From: Eledone cirrhosa
Taxonomy: Eukaryota
Reading direction: 5' to 3'
Length of the DNA stretch: 64,000 bases
Assembly (NCBI GenBank): GCA_964016885.1
Contig: OZ024747.1
Location: forward strand, 51,398,001 to 51,462,000
The notes beneath the pieces were generated by a model. It was not told the origin of the DNA, did no database searches, and saw only the letters and a program-made list of their open reading frames with translations. Each line of letters begins with the position of its first letter. The stretch's first letter is position 1. A program made the position numbers and the translations under genes. Positions 1-14,225 of the stretch are shown here, one piece after another.

Positions 1-493
1 GTTTCTCTCTTTCCATTGTTATTCTCACTGTATAACATCCTGGGTAACGGAGTATATTTAATTGGGTGGTGGTTCGGCTTCTCTTTGTGAAACATTTAAC
101 AAACGCTACTCTATGTGGTTGCTCAACTTGCTACAAAGAGCGGCTAAACTTTCCTTTAATCCCACCTCACTTTCTTAAATAATGAAGGACACGTTAAATA
201 AAGTTTTACTAGACGAGTCATCATGTCTGAATAAGAGGGGATGATCAAGGCTTGGAATGTCCTTGGTCAAATATTGGCTTTATGAGAACAGATGTGGGGC
301 TAAAACCCAGCATCATCATCGTCAATAAAAACAGTATCACAAATATCATCATTAAAACTATCATCATCCTCATCATCAAAACATTAGTAGCGTGAACGAT
401 AATCGCATTATATCATGTCACTCGCCACTACCAGCACCACCCACCACCAATACCACCACCACCACCACCACCACAGCTTTTAACAACAGCAGC

Positions 494-524
<31 letters not shown>

Positions 525-1074
525 GCAACAAGAAAAACAACAGCAACACCAAAGCCATCACCACCAGGAACAACATTACCGCTGTCAGCGTCACCTCCAC
601 TACTATCAACATCATCGCTACGCCACCGCCATTATCACTACCCCCGTCCTCTTCGGCGTCACGTGACACTCATGTGACACTCATTTCATACAGCAGCAGC
701 AGCTGAGTTAATTTTTTAAAAACTCCCCACCGTAATAATAGCAAAATAAGTTTTAAAGTTTGATTTATGCGAGTGGGTGGTGAGGTATGTTTCTAGAGGG
801 CAAAGGCTGACCCCTGCACATTCAGGAGTGGGGCTTCAGCTAGACTAGGGCTTTATTAATGGACTCTAATTATATTGGAGGCCTTTGTTTGGTTGTGTCT
901 GTGTGTGTGCAAAGATGTGTATGTAAAAACGCAGCTGTTTGCGTGTGTAAAAATGTCGGTGTTTGTGTATGTAGCGTAGACGTGTGTGTATTTTTGTGTG
1001 TATGTGTGTGCATATGTAACTATATGTGTGTGGTGGTGACGACCTATGGCTGTGTGTGGGTTGTATAAATGTAT

Positions 1075-1620
<546 letters not shown>

Positions 1621-1669
1621 AAATATTAATTCAAAATATTAACAAAATAGATATTCTTGTGATCAAGTA

Positions 1670-1736
1670 TATTTTATTATACATATTTCAGAGGTACTGA
1701 GTTAACTTCAACAGTACGTCCTCATCAGATAAAATA
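1670..1736 (-). ncRNA. Minimal type I hammerhead ribozyme (family A)
   Basis: UAUUUUAU-CUGAUGA-GGAC GUACUG..CAGUAC CUCU-GAAA-UAUGUA-UA^AUAAAAUA, with an 8-bp stem I. Confidence 0.75.
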
Positions 1737-2519
1737 AGATGATGCATGACATACCCTGACATAGTAGATGGTTAAGATTCAGTCATGGTAGTGAACTCAT
1801 TGTAAAGCTCATTCTTTGATATATATGTACATATATATATATATATATATATTTGGCGCGTTATGGTCCATCTGGTTCCTTACCACATTTCCTTCGTTAT
1901 ATATATATATATATATGTCTGTGTATGTGTGTATCTATGTATATATTAGTATGAGTGCTTATTTGATGTATACATACATACATACACAAACATGTATACG
2001 TGTGTGTGTTTTTTCTATGATAACTCACCAACACTTTATATATTACTACTAATCATGTCTAACATTATCATAACACGAAACTCATCAGGGGTGGGTGTAG
2101 AGGCAATTACAGTGAGCCTATAACTGCACTGGAACGTTGTGAAAGGTAAAGTTGGCTTCGGCGGAATTTGAATTCAGACGGTAAAGCAAATCATTTGTTC
2201 GACGCTCTGGTTATTCTCCCAAATCACTCTTGTACGTCACCATTTGAGTGGGATACCCAGCAAGAGCTCCAGATTGCCCAATAACGGTTCGTCAGACAAT
2301 ACATACAGGTGGGAGGAGGGAGGGCGTGATCTGAAACGGATCCGATAGGAGGCCAATTACTCTGTCCACCAAGCATGTGTCATTGTACATTGAAGTGATC
2401 CAGCCCCCATGTAGCGATAGGAGACCCTATTAATAACTTTAGATTGATCTAAACAGATATGGGCCGCAACAACCCCTGGCTTACCCCTTCCTCTCTCTAT
2501 GATGTCAAGTATTGTCCTG

Positions 2520-3065
2520 GTCGGGATTGGCAAACTTTTTAGAGCGTTCGCAAATATGCTTTATGACATTTGTTTCCGATCGTTTAATTTTGAGTTCAAA
2601 CTCCACCGAGGTCAACTTTGCCTATCAGCGGGGTCGATAAAGTAAAGTACTAGCTAAATACCAGTATTTGGCATTTCATCTTATCGATTTCATCGACTCC
2701 CCACCCACGAATTACAGGCCTTGTACCTGGATTAGAAATCATTATTAAGCACCTGGGAACGGTAGAATGACAGAATCAGGCGCGCATTTACAGTATTTAC
2801 CTTCAGAAGGACAACGTTGCCTTTTATCCCATTGGCTGGGGGGGGGAGGGGGGGGGTTAAATAAAGTAGCAGTAAATTAGTGGGGTGAATTTAATCAACG
2901 TCTTCCCCCATAGCAGTAATTTACTGCTACTTTATTTCATCGACCGGGGGAGGATGATCAGCAAAGTTGACCTTTGTGGGATTTTCACTCAGAGAGTAAA
3001 GAGTAGGAACAAATAATATTAAGCATTTGTCCAACGCTCTAATTACTCAGCCAATCTACCGCCTT
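2520..3065. mobile_element. Older diverged SINE copies (two plus, one minus)
   Basis: GAGTTCAAACTCCACCGAGGTCAACTTTGCC..GGGGTCGATAAAGTAAAGTAC and an inverted copy at about 2915-3065. Confidence 0.65.
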
Positions 3066-3416
3066 TATTCTGCCAAATAATAATAATTAAATTTCAAATG
3101 TAGAATCATGTTGAATCTATTCTGTATTTAATTCGTTGTAATGATGTCAAAATGATTTTTATTTAATTTAATTTTATTTTATAATGTTATCTATTTTATA
3201 TGTAACCCGGCGCGATCCCCCTATCTTCCTGTATTCCACTGATACAATAAAATGATGGGTAATATTTCTCTTCGCAGCATTGCCGCCACAAAATATCGAA
3301 CTTGTCTTCACAATACATCACTCTTTTCATGCTCCACTGCAGGCATCCATTTTGTTTTGTGGCTTTTTTTCCTTCTTTTTGCTTATTTTATTTTCTATCT
3401 CCCCTCTATCTTTCTT

Positions 3417-3494
<78 letters not shown>

Positions 3495-3616
3495 TCCATC
3501 TTTCAATTGATTAAATCCTTACGCTACCATCAAACTCGAGATGTTCCCAACTCCCAGGTTTTTGCTTCACCGACTCAATCCAAAGGTCGGTAAGCAATAT
3601 ATATTATTACATATTG

Positions 3617-3802
3617 TGGTGTTGGATTATCGGTAGAGGGTCGGATGCCATGCTTTGACGCATAGAGTTACGGCCCTTGCCATTCTGAGTTCAAATCCCG
3701 CCGAGGTTAACTTTGACTTTCATCCTTATGAGGTCGATAAATTAAAGTACCAGTAATACTCTGGGTAATTGCTGGCCTTGTGCCAAAAGTAGAAACAATT
3801 AT
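3617..3802 (+). mobile_element. SINE, same family
   Basis: Same head, core and CTGGCCTTGTGCCAAAAGTAGAAACAATTATT tail. Confidence 0.85.
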
Positions 3803-3989
3803 TACACATTTCGAACAGAACCCCTCCACAACCACCACCACTTCTACAGCCACTAACACCAACCACCCCTACCACGACCATCAACCCCATCACCACAACA
3901 AATGTCACTGTGTTATATCCACCACTACCAATACAAAAGTAATCAATACCACATTATTCTACCCCTCCAAAGTACATCTTTTGATGTAC

Positions 3990-4560
3990 ATGAGGTACAT
4001 TTGGGACCGTTGACAAACATCTCGAAGGCTGAAGTCAGCAGAACGTTTCAAGAGCTCAAATGTAGCAAGGCCTCTTCGAGCCTTTAATAAAGAAGTTATT
4101 CTTTAATATAAATGCCAGGTGGCCTGGAATTTTGGGAATGAGGCCTAAGCAATGGTAATCGGGATTGGTAATCCCAATTTTCAAAAAGCGTGACAAGAAG
4201 GATCTCCTTGTTAAGCCTCCTCGATAAAAACTATTCTAAGCGCTTGGCTGCGTGATACAGTGATATTGTTGAGTTCAAGCACAGCCAACCAAATACACTG
4301 TGGTACATCTTTGAGAAATCATGCCAAGAGTTGTACACTTGTTTTGTAGAGCCAGAAAAAAGCATATAATCACGTTCCTCGAGTCCTGCTGTGGATGTTT
4401 CTGCATGAGTATGTGATCGATGGACAGCTACTTATTGCTCTGATGACTCTATATGAATGTCCGGACAAATGGTACTAAATCGAAACCATTCAATGTGGGA
4501 GTTGAACTCCGCCAAGAATGCGTGCTGTTGATGAACCTCATGAACAAGCACAGCCCGGCT
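3990..4560 (+). pseudogene. RTE-clade LINE reverse transcriptase relic
   Basis: Hand translation gives GLVIPIFKKRDKK, ISLLSLLDKNYSK and FNVGVELRQECVL. Confidence 0.7.
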
Positions 4561-5134
4561 GGGTGTGTTGTATCTCAGATATAATTCATGTTTGAAAGGT
4601 GAGATTACTAAAGCAACGTGAAATAAACTTGCTCAAGGACACAACGTTTCAATGGGAATCGACATGACGTCTTTACGATCATGTATTGAACACCCTAACT
4701 ACTAAGCTCCCCGTCTTCACACAATAACCACCAATACCACCAATACCTCTAAAACCACTACAATTAGCATCTCAATACTCTTGTCAAAACAATTTCATCC
4801 CCTAACCATTTTCACCGCAACCACGTATCTACCCTTTCTCTAAATATCTGCACCATATCATACCACTAACACAGCCATCATATCATCATACCAACTATTT
4901 GTTCTCTCAAACACACAAAAACTCTTTTTTTATCATTATTTTACTGCCCCTGTTACTATCTCTACCACCATATCCCTCTTTATATCTCTCGGCTTCTTCC
5001 ACCCACTATATAAAGGCCTCTCTTACACTCTTTCCATTTCCTACATTTCCTACACTATCTCACTTTCCTTCCCCCGTCTCTCTCTCCCTATATATATATA
5101 TATACCATACATATATGTATATATCACTTTCTAT

Positions 5135-5234
<100 letters not shown>

Positions 5235-5844
5235 TTTCTATTACGCTGCCTCCGTCTTTCTATCTTTACTTTCTCTCTTCCTCTCTTCCCCCCTCTCTTT
5301 ACTTTAGTTATTTCTCATGAGACCTTGAAATGTCTTCCTGCCGGGTGACACATGACAAATTTGTTATATTTTAGATTCGGTGGGTGAGGGGGGGGGCCTT
5401 TACCACCTCCCCCACCTTCGCTTCTTCCTTCTTCTTCTCTCCCACCATACCTATTACCATCACCATCACTATCATCATCTTTGACTATACATCTCTCACT
5501 TACTCGTCGTCCCACCATACCACCAACTCCCCCATCACTGCTATGTAAGTAGGGTGTTATGAATATTTCCCCATTCATTATCTCCCTCACACACAATTAT
5601 CATATCAATCCCCTTTCTCTAAACATTTGCAACAACAATAATAAGAATAAGAAAATGTATAAAACACATAAATAAAATAAAACACATAAATAAAATAAAA
5701 AGAATTAAAGAGTTGCGTGGAAAAAATAATATATATTAATATTATATGGTAATGATAAAATAATTATAATTATTTTATAATGTGGCATTAAAGAAAATAT
5801 TATTATCTGTATTAACAGGAGTAAGGAGATTTATTATTATTAAT

Positions 5845-6245
5845 AGTTCAGAAAAGCACCGGATAAAATGTTTCGCGCTATTTAGTCCCGATTCATCACG
5901 TTTGGACTTCAAATCCCACGGAAGTTAGCTTTCCCTTTCATTGTAAGGGGGCCGATATAATAAAGTACCAGTAATGTACTGGGGTCTATTTAATTATCAA
6001 CTTCCCCATCCGCCCATAAATATGACCTTGTGTTTAAATAAGAAGCCATTATAAGTAGTAAATAGAGCGGTAGATTCGTAGATTCATAAGACTGTCGGAC
6101 AAAACGTGTAGCGGTATTTAATCACTGCTCTTTAACCTTTCAGTTTTCTGGGTTCGTTAAAATAAAGTACCAGTAACGTACTAGGCGCGATTTCTGCTCT
6201 TTTCAAATTGCAGGCTTTTAGCCAATTTTCGGAAGAATCATTATT
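5845..6245 (+). mobile_element. Two older SINE copies
   Basis: TTCAAATCCCACGGAAGTTAGCTTTCCCTTTCA..AAAGTACCAGTAA cores. Confidence 0.6.
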
Positions 6246-6499
6246 AATAGAAATGCTGGGATGTGTGACTGACAAAACTGTTAGAGGGCCGGAATAGAAG
6301 TTTATATCGTTTAAAGTGCTGTGTTAAATTCTTACCCAACTCCGTTTGTTTATATGTTTCCTGGGTTGCATAATTACAAGGGGGCGCAGCAAGAGGTGCT
6401 GAACGATCTGAAGTCACTAAATCTTGATTAATTTCTAAAAGACACTAGCTTTATCTTCTAGTTAAGTGAAAGGTGTACGCTTCTGACGGCCAGGCCGGA

Positions 6500-7050
6500 T
6501 AAAGTGGGCGTCAGTGTTTTTCTGGAAATGCATTGACCTAGATATAAGCACATTTTTCCTACACCCTGATTATAGGTAAGTGGTCGCAAACGTGAGTAGC
6601 ACTGGAGCTGGTGGTACTTTTAAACTGGCGGTCGATTATGCCTCCATTGTATCTGGAAGGACATCTAAAAGATTTTCTATGAACATTTCATTTTGGCATG
6701 ACATCATAAAGGCACCCGAGGCATGTATGTGTGTTGGATATAAAAACCTCACACAGGCATTTCCAGTTTGCTCACAAGTTTCAACTTAAATTTGTGAAGA
6801 ATAATTTAGAACTTAGGTATATCTTGGCGAGACATCCAGATCCTACTTAGATTTTTTATTAGGATAAACGGAAGGTAGAGTATAAGTTGTCACAAGTAGC
6901 TGACTACACAGACGATGACAAACTCCTAATATCTATTTTCTGAAAAGATAACAATCAATATCCCGGCTAATGGAACGTTACTTGACAGAGAAAGATTAAC
7001 CTTTCCTGGGATTTAACTTAAAAGACATTTAAAGCAGAATCTGTAAGTTT
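6500..7050 (+). pseudogene. Very old LINE RT relic
   Basis: NLTQAF.., DYTDDDKL (YADD-like) and FLGFNL occur in the expected order. Confidence 0.35.
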
Positions 7051-7058
7051 TACTAAAG

Positions 7059-7353
7059 ACTAGACCACTCGTGACCCCTTGGGCCACGTTCACTTATAAT
7101 ATTTTTAAAAAATCATGTTCACTTAAAAATTATTTTTAAATAATTAAAATATACGCAGATATGTATATAATGTAAAATGAATCTGGAAGGCCCATATATA
7201 TACGTGTGTATATGGAAATATATAAATGTATGTGTGTGTGTGTATACATATATATATATATATATATATACATATATATGTATGTGTGTGTGTATATATG
7301 TATGTGGGTGTCTATGATCTATATACACTGGTCATATATATACACACACACAT

Positions 7354-7385
<32 letters not shown>

Positions 7386-7675
7386 GTATATACACACACA
7401 TAACAGCACCATAACATCTCTCTTTCGTTCTCCTTCTCTCTATCCTTCTCTCTCTCTATTTATGAAGGTACCCGGGAAAAACCGATACCCAGGAAAAAAA
7501 GATACTCGGGAACCCGTGCACCGATTTACGCGAAACTTGTTTTATTCCATTTGTATTCGCATTTCAGGGTCAACTACTTTCAAAGTATTTTCCGATTATG
7601 CGGCCTTTTGGCTGTATTACATTACAAACAAGTAAGCAAGAAAGCAAGCAATCACAGAATTTTAGTAGTATATAG
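7059..7675 (+). mobile_element. Non-autonomous Helitron/Helentron-like element with internal microsatellites
   Basis: Begins ACTAGACCACTCGTGAC and ends TAGTATATAG; homologous along its length to 56285-56730. The class is inferred from the terminal style. Confidence 0.55.
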
Positions 7676-8451
7676 GTGGGGCAATATAATGGTAAAAATT
7701 CTTACATGAAGAGGCAGCGAAATAGCAGAACATCGGATAGAATATTTTGCAATAATCGCTCCAACTGTCTGCATTGCTATTTCTAAACCCGCAAAGGTCA
7801 ACCTTGCCTTTCATCCTTTAGAGTTCGACAAAAATACCAGTTCAGTATAGAGGTCGATTTGTTCTCTACACCTTTCTCGCGTTGTCTATATCACTTTCTC
7901 TCTCTCTCTCACTCTCTTTCCCTCTCTCTCCTTCTCTAAAAGAAATATGTTGTACCCTGGCTCCACCAGGTTGAAAAGAAGAACAAGACTTGCTGTACGT
8001 CACTAGGTTTTGACAACAGCTCCATAAGAAGCTACGGGTTCATACATACATTTACTACTCATAGATTACCGGGAAAATGAAAAGTAGGATTTGAACAGCG
8101 TAGGTAAGTGTCCGTAACTAAAGACAGGAAGATATTTTTATCGACACTCTAAATTTTCTGGCATTCTCGGCATTCAAAACGGAACTCATCCACGAGCTAT
8201 AGAATAAAACACGTAACTAAATTATGAATTAAACTCAATTTTTTAACTGATATATAAGCTTTTAATTTAGTTTCAATTTAAAATATACATACAATGAACA
8301 AGGATCTCATATTTTCAGACACATATCTTTGTTGCAGTTGTGTGACTAACCGATCAACCTGCTCGTGAAGTAAATGACCATTGCATGGACGTGTATCCTT
8401 AACATAGTGTCTGGCAAAGCATTTTTCCTTTAGCTGAGTGAACTAGTCTTA

Positions 8452-8845
8452 GTCTAAAGTCTGTCTTAAGCCAGAAGGCTCATTTGGACGGTGCTTATCT
8501 CGGTTTCATGGCTTGAAGTGAGTGAGAGTACAAGACTTCCCTCTGGACAGGACACCAGTCCGTCGCAGGATAAATCCCCAGCTATTGCTGGTATCCATTT
8601 TTACTTGGGAGGCGTGAAATGAAATGTTTTGCTCAAGAACACATCACACAACCCAGGAATCGAACCCATGACATTATGATCGTAAGTCCAACACCCTTAC
8701 CTCTAGGCCACGTGCCTCCACTAGTGAACTAGAGCAATGTAAAATAAAGTGTTTTGCTCAAACGCACAACGCGCTGCCAGGAGTCGAATTCATGATCTTA
8801 CGATGGTGAGCCGAAAACCCGCAACCATCAAGCCTCAAGTTTTCA
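8452..8845 (-). mobile_element. tRNA-derived SINE with V-domain-like body, plus a second tRNA head
   Basis: Minus strand GTGGCCTAGAGGTAAG..GGTTCGATTCC head and CCTGCGACGGACTGGTGTCCTGTCCAG body. Confidence 0.65.
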
Positions 8846-9671
8846 CGGAGCCAGATCTACCCTTCTCAGGAAACACGTAGTAAGCATGGATCAACGTATC
8901 ATAAATGATATCACTGTTAGTCTTCTTTCCATCGGAGGACACAATGTAAATATATTACCACTATTCTTTTAATATTTCCATTCTTCTCTCATTCCTCTCA
9001 TGGACAAATGGTATTCTACCCTCGAGGGATTTCCAATCATTGCCTGAATTAATTTTACATTGATTTAAATTACCCAAGGAATAATAATACAAAAAAATAA
9101 TAACAGTAATAATAAAAGAAAATATATATTAAGGACACTAAGGATTGTTCTCTCTTGACAATATTCGTCGTTAAAATATGAAAACAACTCAACAATATTA
9201 CAGTACCTGGACGACTTCCGTGACGGCGAAATCACGCTGCATTTATTTCAAACCTTGTTTAATTCAAACTATGGCATATTTACATTAATTTTCTTGCATT
9301 CCAAAACCATTACATTCCACATCAACGAATTATTTGGTTATAGAACTAATTCGAACGTTCACCATCTCCTTTGCGGGGTCTTCCCTTCCATCTCTTCTTG
9401 CTACACTTACCCACCCCACCAGCTTTCGCGGCACACACCATTACAAATTGAATTTATTCAAGTAAAAAGTCCACACAAGACACTGTACTGTCCTCAAATC
9501 CACTTGTGTCACTCTCTCTATATCTCTCTCTTTCTACATCTCTCTCCATCACTGTCCCTCCCTCACCCCGCCTCCACCTCTGTTTCTCTCTCGCTCTCTC
9601 TTTTGGCCAACTATAGTCATTGAATGGACATAAATTGAATTTTTGGAATTAGGTCAAGATTCGATGTGTGT

Positions 9672-9751
<80 letters not shown>

Positions 9752-10087
9752 TGGGTTTGCACGTGTATGTCAATCTGTTAATGTGAGTATGCACACACCC
9801 GCATATATGTGACCGAAGGCTTATGAATGTTCAACTATACATATATGTATATATATATCTGTGTGTGTGTATTACACAAGCACACACACACATATATATA
9901 TGAAGGAGTGCTCATGTATAACTTAAAATTATAATCATTGGATATAAACGCATACCATATCATTAATAAGTGTAGGGACATTTTCATGCGCATGTGTACG
10001 GATAACTAGATGCTTATATGTGGTACATTTTATTTGTGCATGTATATGCGCTTCCATGAGTATTCCTGAATATATTTGACTGTATTA

Positions 10088-10154
<67 letters not shown>

Positions 10155-10395
10155 GCACACACACACACACATATATATGTAAAAGGTAAACAGAAAAAAC
10201 AACACAATCGGTGCAGTATATGGAAGGAATATATTAGGTTAAGGCTTGAAATAGCAGGAAGGGGGTCTTAACGTTTCGGTTTCGAACGCTAGTCGTTCAT
10301 CAGAATGAAGAATGAGAAATAAGAGAGATTGAAGGAACGGGTGGGTTGGGAATGGAAAAAAAGTCTTTAGATAAAAATAACATGTTGACATGTCT

Positions 10396-10509
<114 letters not shown>

Positions 10510-10596
10510 TACAAAATTATAAATTGGTCAAGGATGGAAATTATTTTTATTCATTCATTTCTACGCACTTTTCAATACAGCTAACTATCAGTGCAG

Positions 10597-11575
<979 letters not shown>

Positions 11576-11776
11576 AGAGAGAGATAATTTAATATATCAA
11601 CTAACATAAGCGCACAGATGCACGCCCATGCCAGCAAATACACAGGTTATGTCATAGTACCTAGGTGGTACAATGCAGGAGGATGCAGAACAATAATATA
11701 AAAGACGTAAAATAAGAAAATCTTTTTAAAAAAATTTTTTATTTTTTTATTTTTTTCCTTACTTACTTAAATTTTC

Positions 11777-11858
11777 ACTCCAACTAATTAGTTTCTGCAA
11801 TGGGATAAAGACAGTTACGTAATCTAACTGTCGAGAATTCATTGCGTCATCAGGGAGT
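11777..11858 (-). ncRNA. Type I hammerhead ribozyme
   Basis: Minus strand: ACUCC-CUGAUGA-C GCAAUG..GACAGUUA/UAACUGUC..CAUUGC A-GAAA-CUAAUUAG-UU^GGAGU. Stems I and II pair; stem III is the palindrome ACUAAUUAGU. Confidence 0.85.
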
Positions 11859-12340
11859 CTATTCTCAGCTAAGTCTCCAGGCAATGCGCGGACACTGGCG
11901 GCTCATATAAAAATAATAATAATTCGGTAGATGGAACAGCTAGCGAGGACTAAATTCCATGCACTGAAATCCTCACTGCTTCTAGTCAAATGGCCAATTC
12001 TAAAGAATCAATCACGTGACACAGAGGCTAGTCAGAAGCAATGGGATGGTAAGATGACTGACGCCTACTAACACCCTAAAAAAAAAAATTTTTTTAGAAG
12101 TGGTTTTGGCAGGTTTGCTCGACAAATCAGTGATTTGGAGATAAATATAGATAATTTAATATATCAACTAACATAAGCGCACAGATGCACGCCCATGCTA
12201 GCAAATACACAGGTTATGTCATAGTACCTAGGTGGTTCAATGCAGGAGGATGCAGAACAATAATATAAAAGACGTAAAATAAGAAAATCTTTTAAAAAAA
12301 ATTTTTTTTTTTTTTTTTTTCCTTACTTACTTAAATTTTC

Positions 12341-12422
12341 ACTCCAACTAATTAGTTTCTGCAATGGGATAAAGACAGTTACGTAATCTAACTGTCGAGA
12401 ATTCATTGCGTCATCAGGGAGT
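12341..12422 (-). ncRNA. Type I hammerhead ribozyme (second copy)
   Basis: Same sequence as 11777-11858, 564 bp away. Confidence 0.85.
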
Positions 12423-12485
12423 CTATTCTCAGCTAAGTCTCCAGGCAATGCGCGGACACTGGCGGCTCATATAAAAATAATAATA

Positions 12486-12516
<31 letters not shown>

Positions 12517-12556
12517 CGATATTAACAAATGGAAACTATATTTATAAAGCCATATT

Positions 12557-12621
12557 TATTTCATTATACATATTTCAAGGACACCAAGTTAAATTATGGT
12601 GTGCTTTCATCAGATAAAATA
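12557..12621 (-). ncRNA. Minimal hammerhead ribozyme (family A) in a (TA)n-flanked fragment (about 12517-12701)
   Basis: UAUUUUAU-CUGAUGA-AAGC ACACCA..UGGUGU CCUU-GAAA-UAUGUA-UA^AUGAAAUA. Confidence 0.8.
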
Positions 12622-12755
12622 TAATATAGAGCAGTTTTATAAATAAATATTGACATACCCTTAAAGAATGCGACCATTTCTGTTGGAAGCTCCCGGATAG
12701 TATATATATATATATCGAGCCCTCTTTGGATTTTAGTCTTCAAATTTATTATTAT

Positions 12756-12807
<52 letters not shown>

Positions 12808-14190
12808 AGAGAGAGAGAGACTAGTATAGTTGCTGTAAACATCGATATTGTTTATAGTAAAAACAACAATATTTTATTTAATTCTTTGTTTTCATCAACC
12901 TGTAAAAAGATTATTGAATTCTTGACATCGCAGTATTTCATTTTATATTCATTTAAATCAACTGCAACATTATCCTTCCATTTTTTCAAACCCTTCTCAA
13001 ACCTATGTCAAGTAAATTAAGATGACGTTTTTCTTCTTATATATCCGTCTTTCTTTGGACTGGTATTGACATTTTTGCTATTTTTTTTATTGTTGTTCTT
13101 GTCCGAAGAGAGATACATTGGTAAATATATTTCGATACCAATAGATTGACTTTCAGTCAGATAAGCAGAAGAATAGACATGCAAGTAGGTAGAGAGTTAG
13201 GTAGACAGAATGAGAGGTAAATAGACAGATATCTAGACAAATAGAATGCAGTGTATGAAAGATATGATTTAGTGTGTGAACTGTGTGGTCTAGTTTGAAG
13301 TGGTTACGAACCGTATAGTGTGATATGCAACCACTGCAGTGTATTGTGGAATATTATAATTATTTAAGACAACTCTGGTGTACCACCACTACGGCAGATT
13401 GAGGGCATGACTAGTTTGTGTGCGAGAGTGTATGAATTATATGGTTTATCCTGATGTAAAACCAGTAAATTGTGGGGTGATGTACGAAGAGTGTAATTTG
13501 AAACATTGTACAATGATCAGAATTCCAGTATATGACCACTATAGTGGAGAGAATTATGGACAGTGTACTGTAGAGAAGTGCATGACCAGTGGAAAGTAAT
13601 ATTTGAACAATGTAATGCCAAGTGTGTAGTGTGGTGTGCGTTGGTGATCACCTAGGGAAAACGTAGATCGTATTAAAACGGGTGTAAATGATGAAGACGT
13701 GTAAATACATATATGGAGGAAGCACGTGAAAATCTTCGATAACGAAGGCAAGAATGGTAGGAGGGTGGTGAAGAGTCGGTAAGGAGTTGAAGTGAGAGGG
13801 GAAAACACCATGGGAGGATGGTGGAAAGCCGGTAAACATTTGAGGCTACAGGAACGAAACCATAATTCACAGACTGCTAGAAATTTGGTAAACAAAATGT
13901 GTAAGACATTTTGTCGCTGTCCGAGCAGAATACTAAAAAGACATAATTGGGACTAAACAGACATATTTATGTGAGGGATCCATTTTCTCAATCATTCTAA
14001 CATAAATGCAAATTTAATTACATACGTTTCGTTGGTCAAACGTTTGACCTTTACAAAGAGAGTAGAGGAAGGGAGTTAAAAAAATCTCACTCCTCCAAAT
14101 AACGAGAACACAGTTCTAAGTACACACACACACATATATGCAAATACACACATGTGTATATATGTTTATGCGCGTGTGTATATAGCATAT

Positions 14191-14225
<35 letters not shown>

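Larger units (their letters stand above)
11582..12488 (-). mobile_element. Retrozyme-like element: two ~340-bp direct repeats, each with a hammerhead ribozyme, around a ~228-bp unique spacer
   Basis: 11582-11921 is nearly identical to 12149-12487; no ORF; (TA)n on both flanks; an HHR lies in each repeat. Confidence 0.85.

Noticed and set aside
392-706. Asn/Thr-rich 104-aa ORF
   Set aside because: (ACC)/(AAC) trinucleotide repeats with no coding evidence.
2075-2095. CTGATGA on the minus strand
   Set aside because: No stem II/GAAA/stem I arrangement.
2858-2940. Short inverted repeat AATAAAGTAGCAGTAAATT
   Set aside because: Explained by two SINE cores lying tail to tail.
13250-13950. Higher-complexity segment that might be a host exon or LINE relic
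   Set aside because: Only a lone SDH-like tripeptide; no convincing motif order or splice structure.
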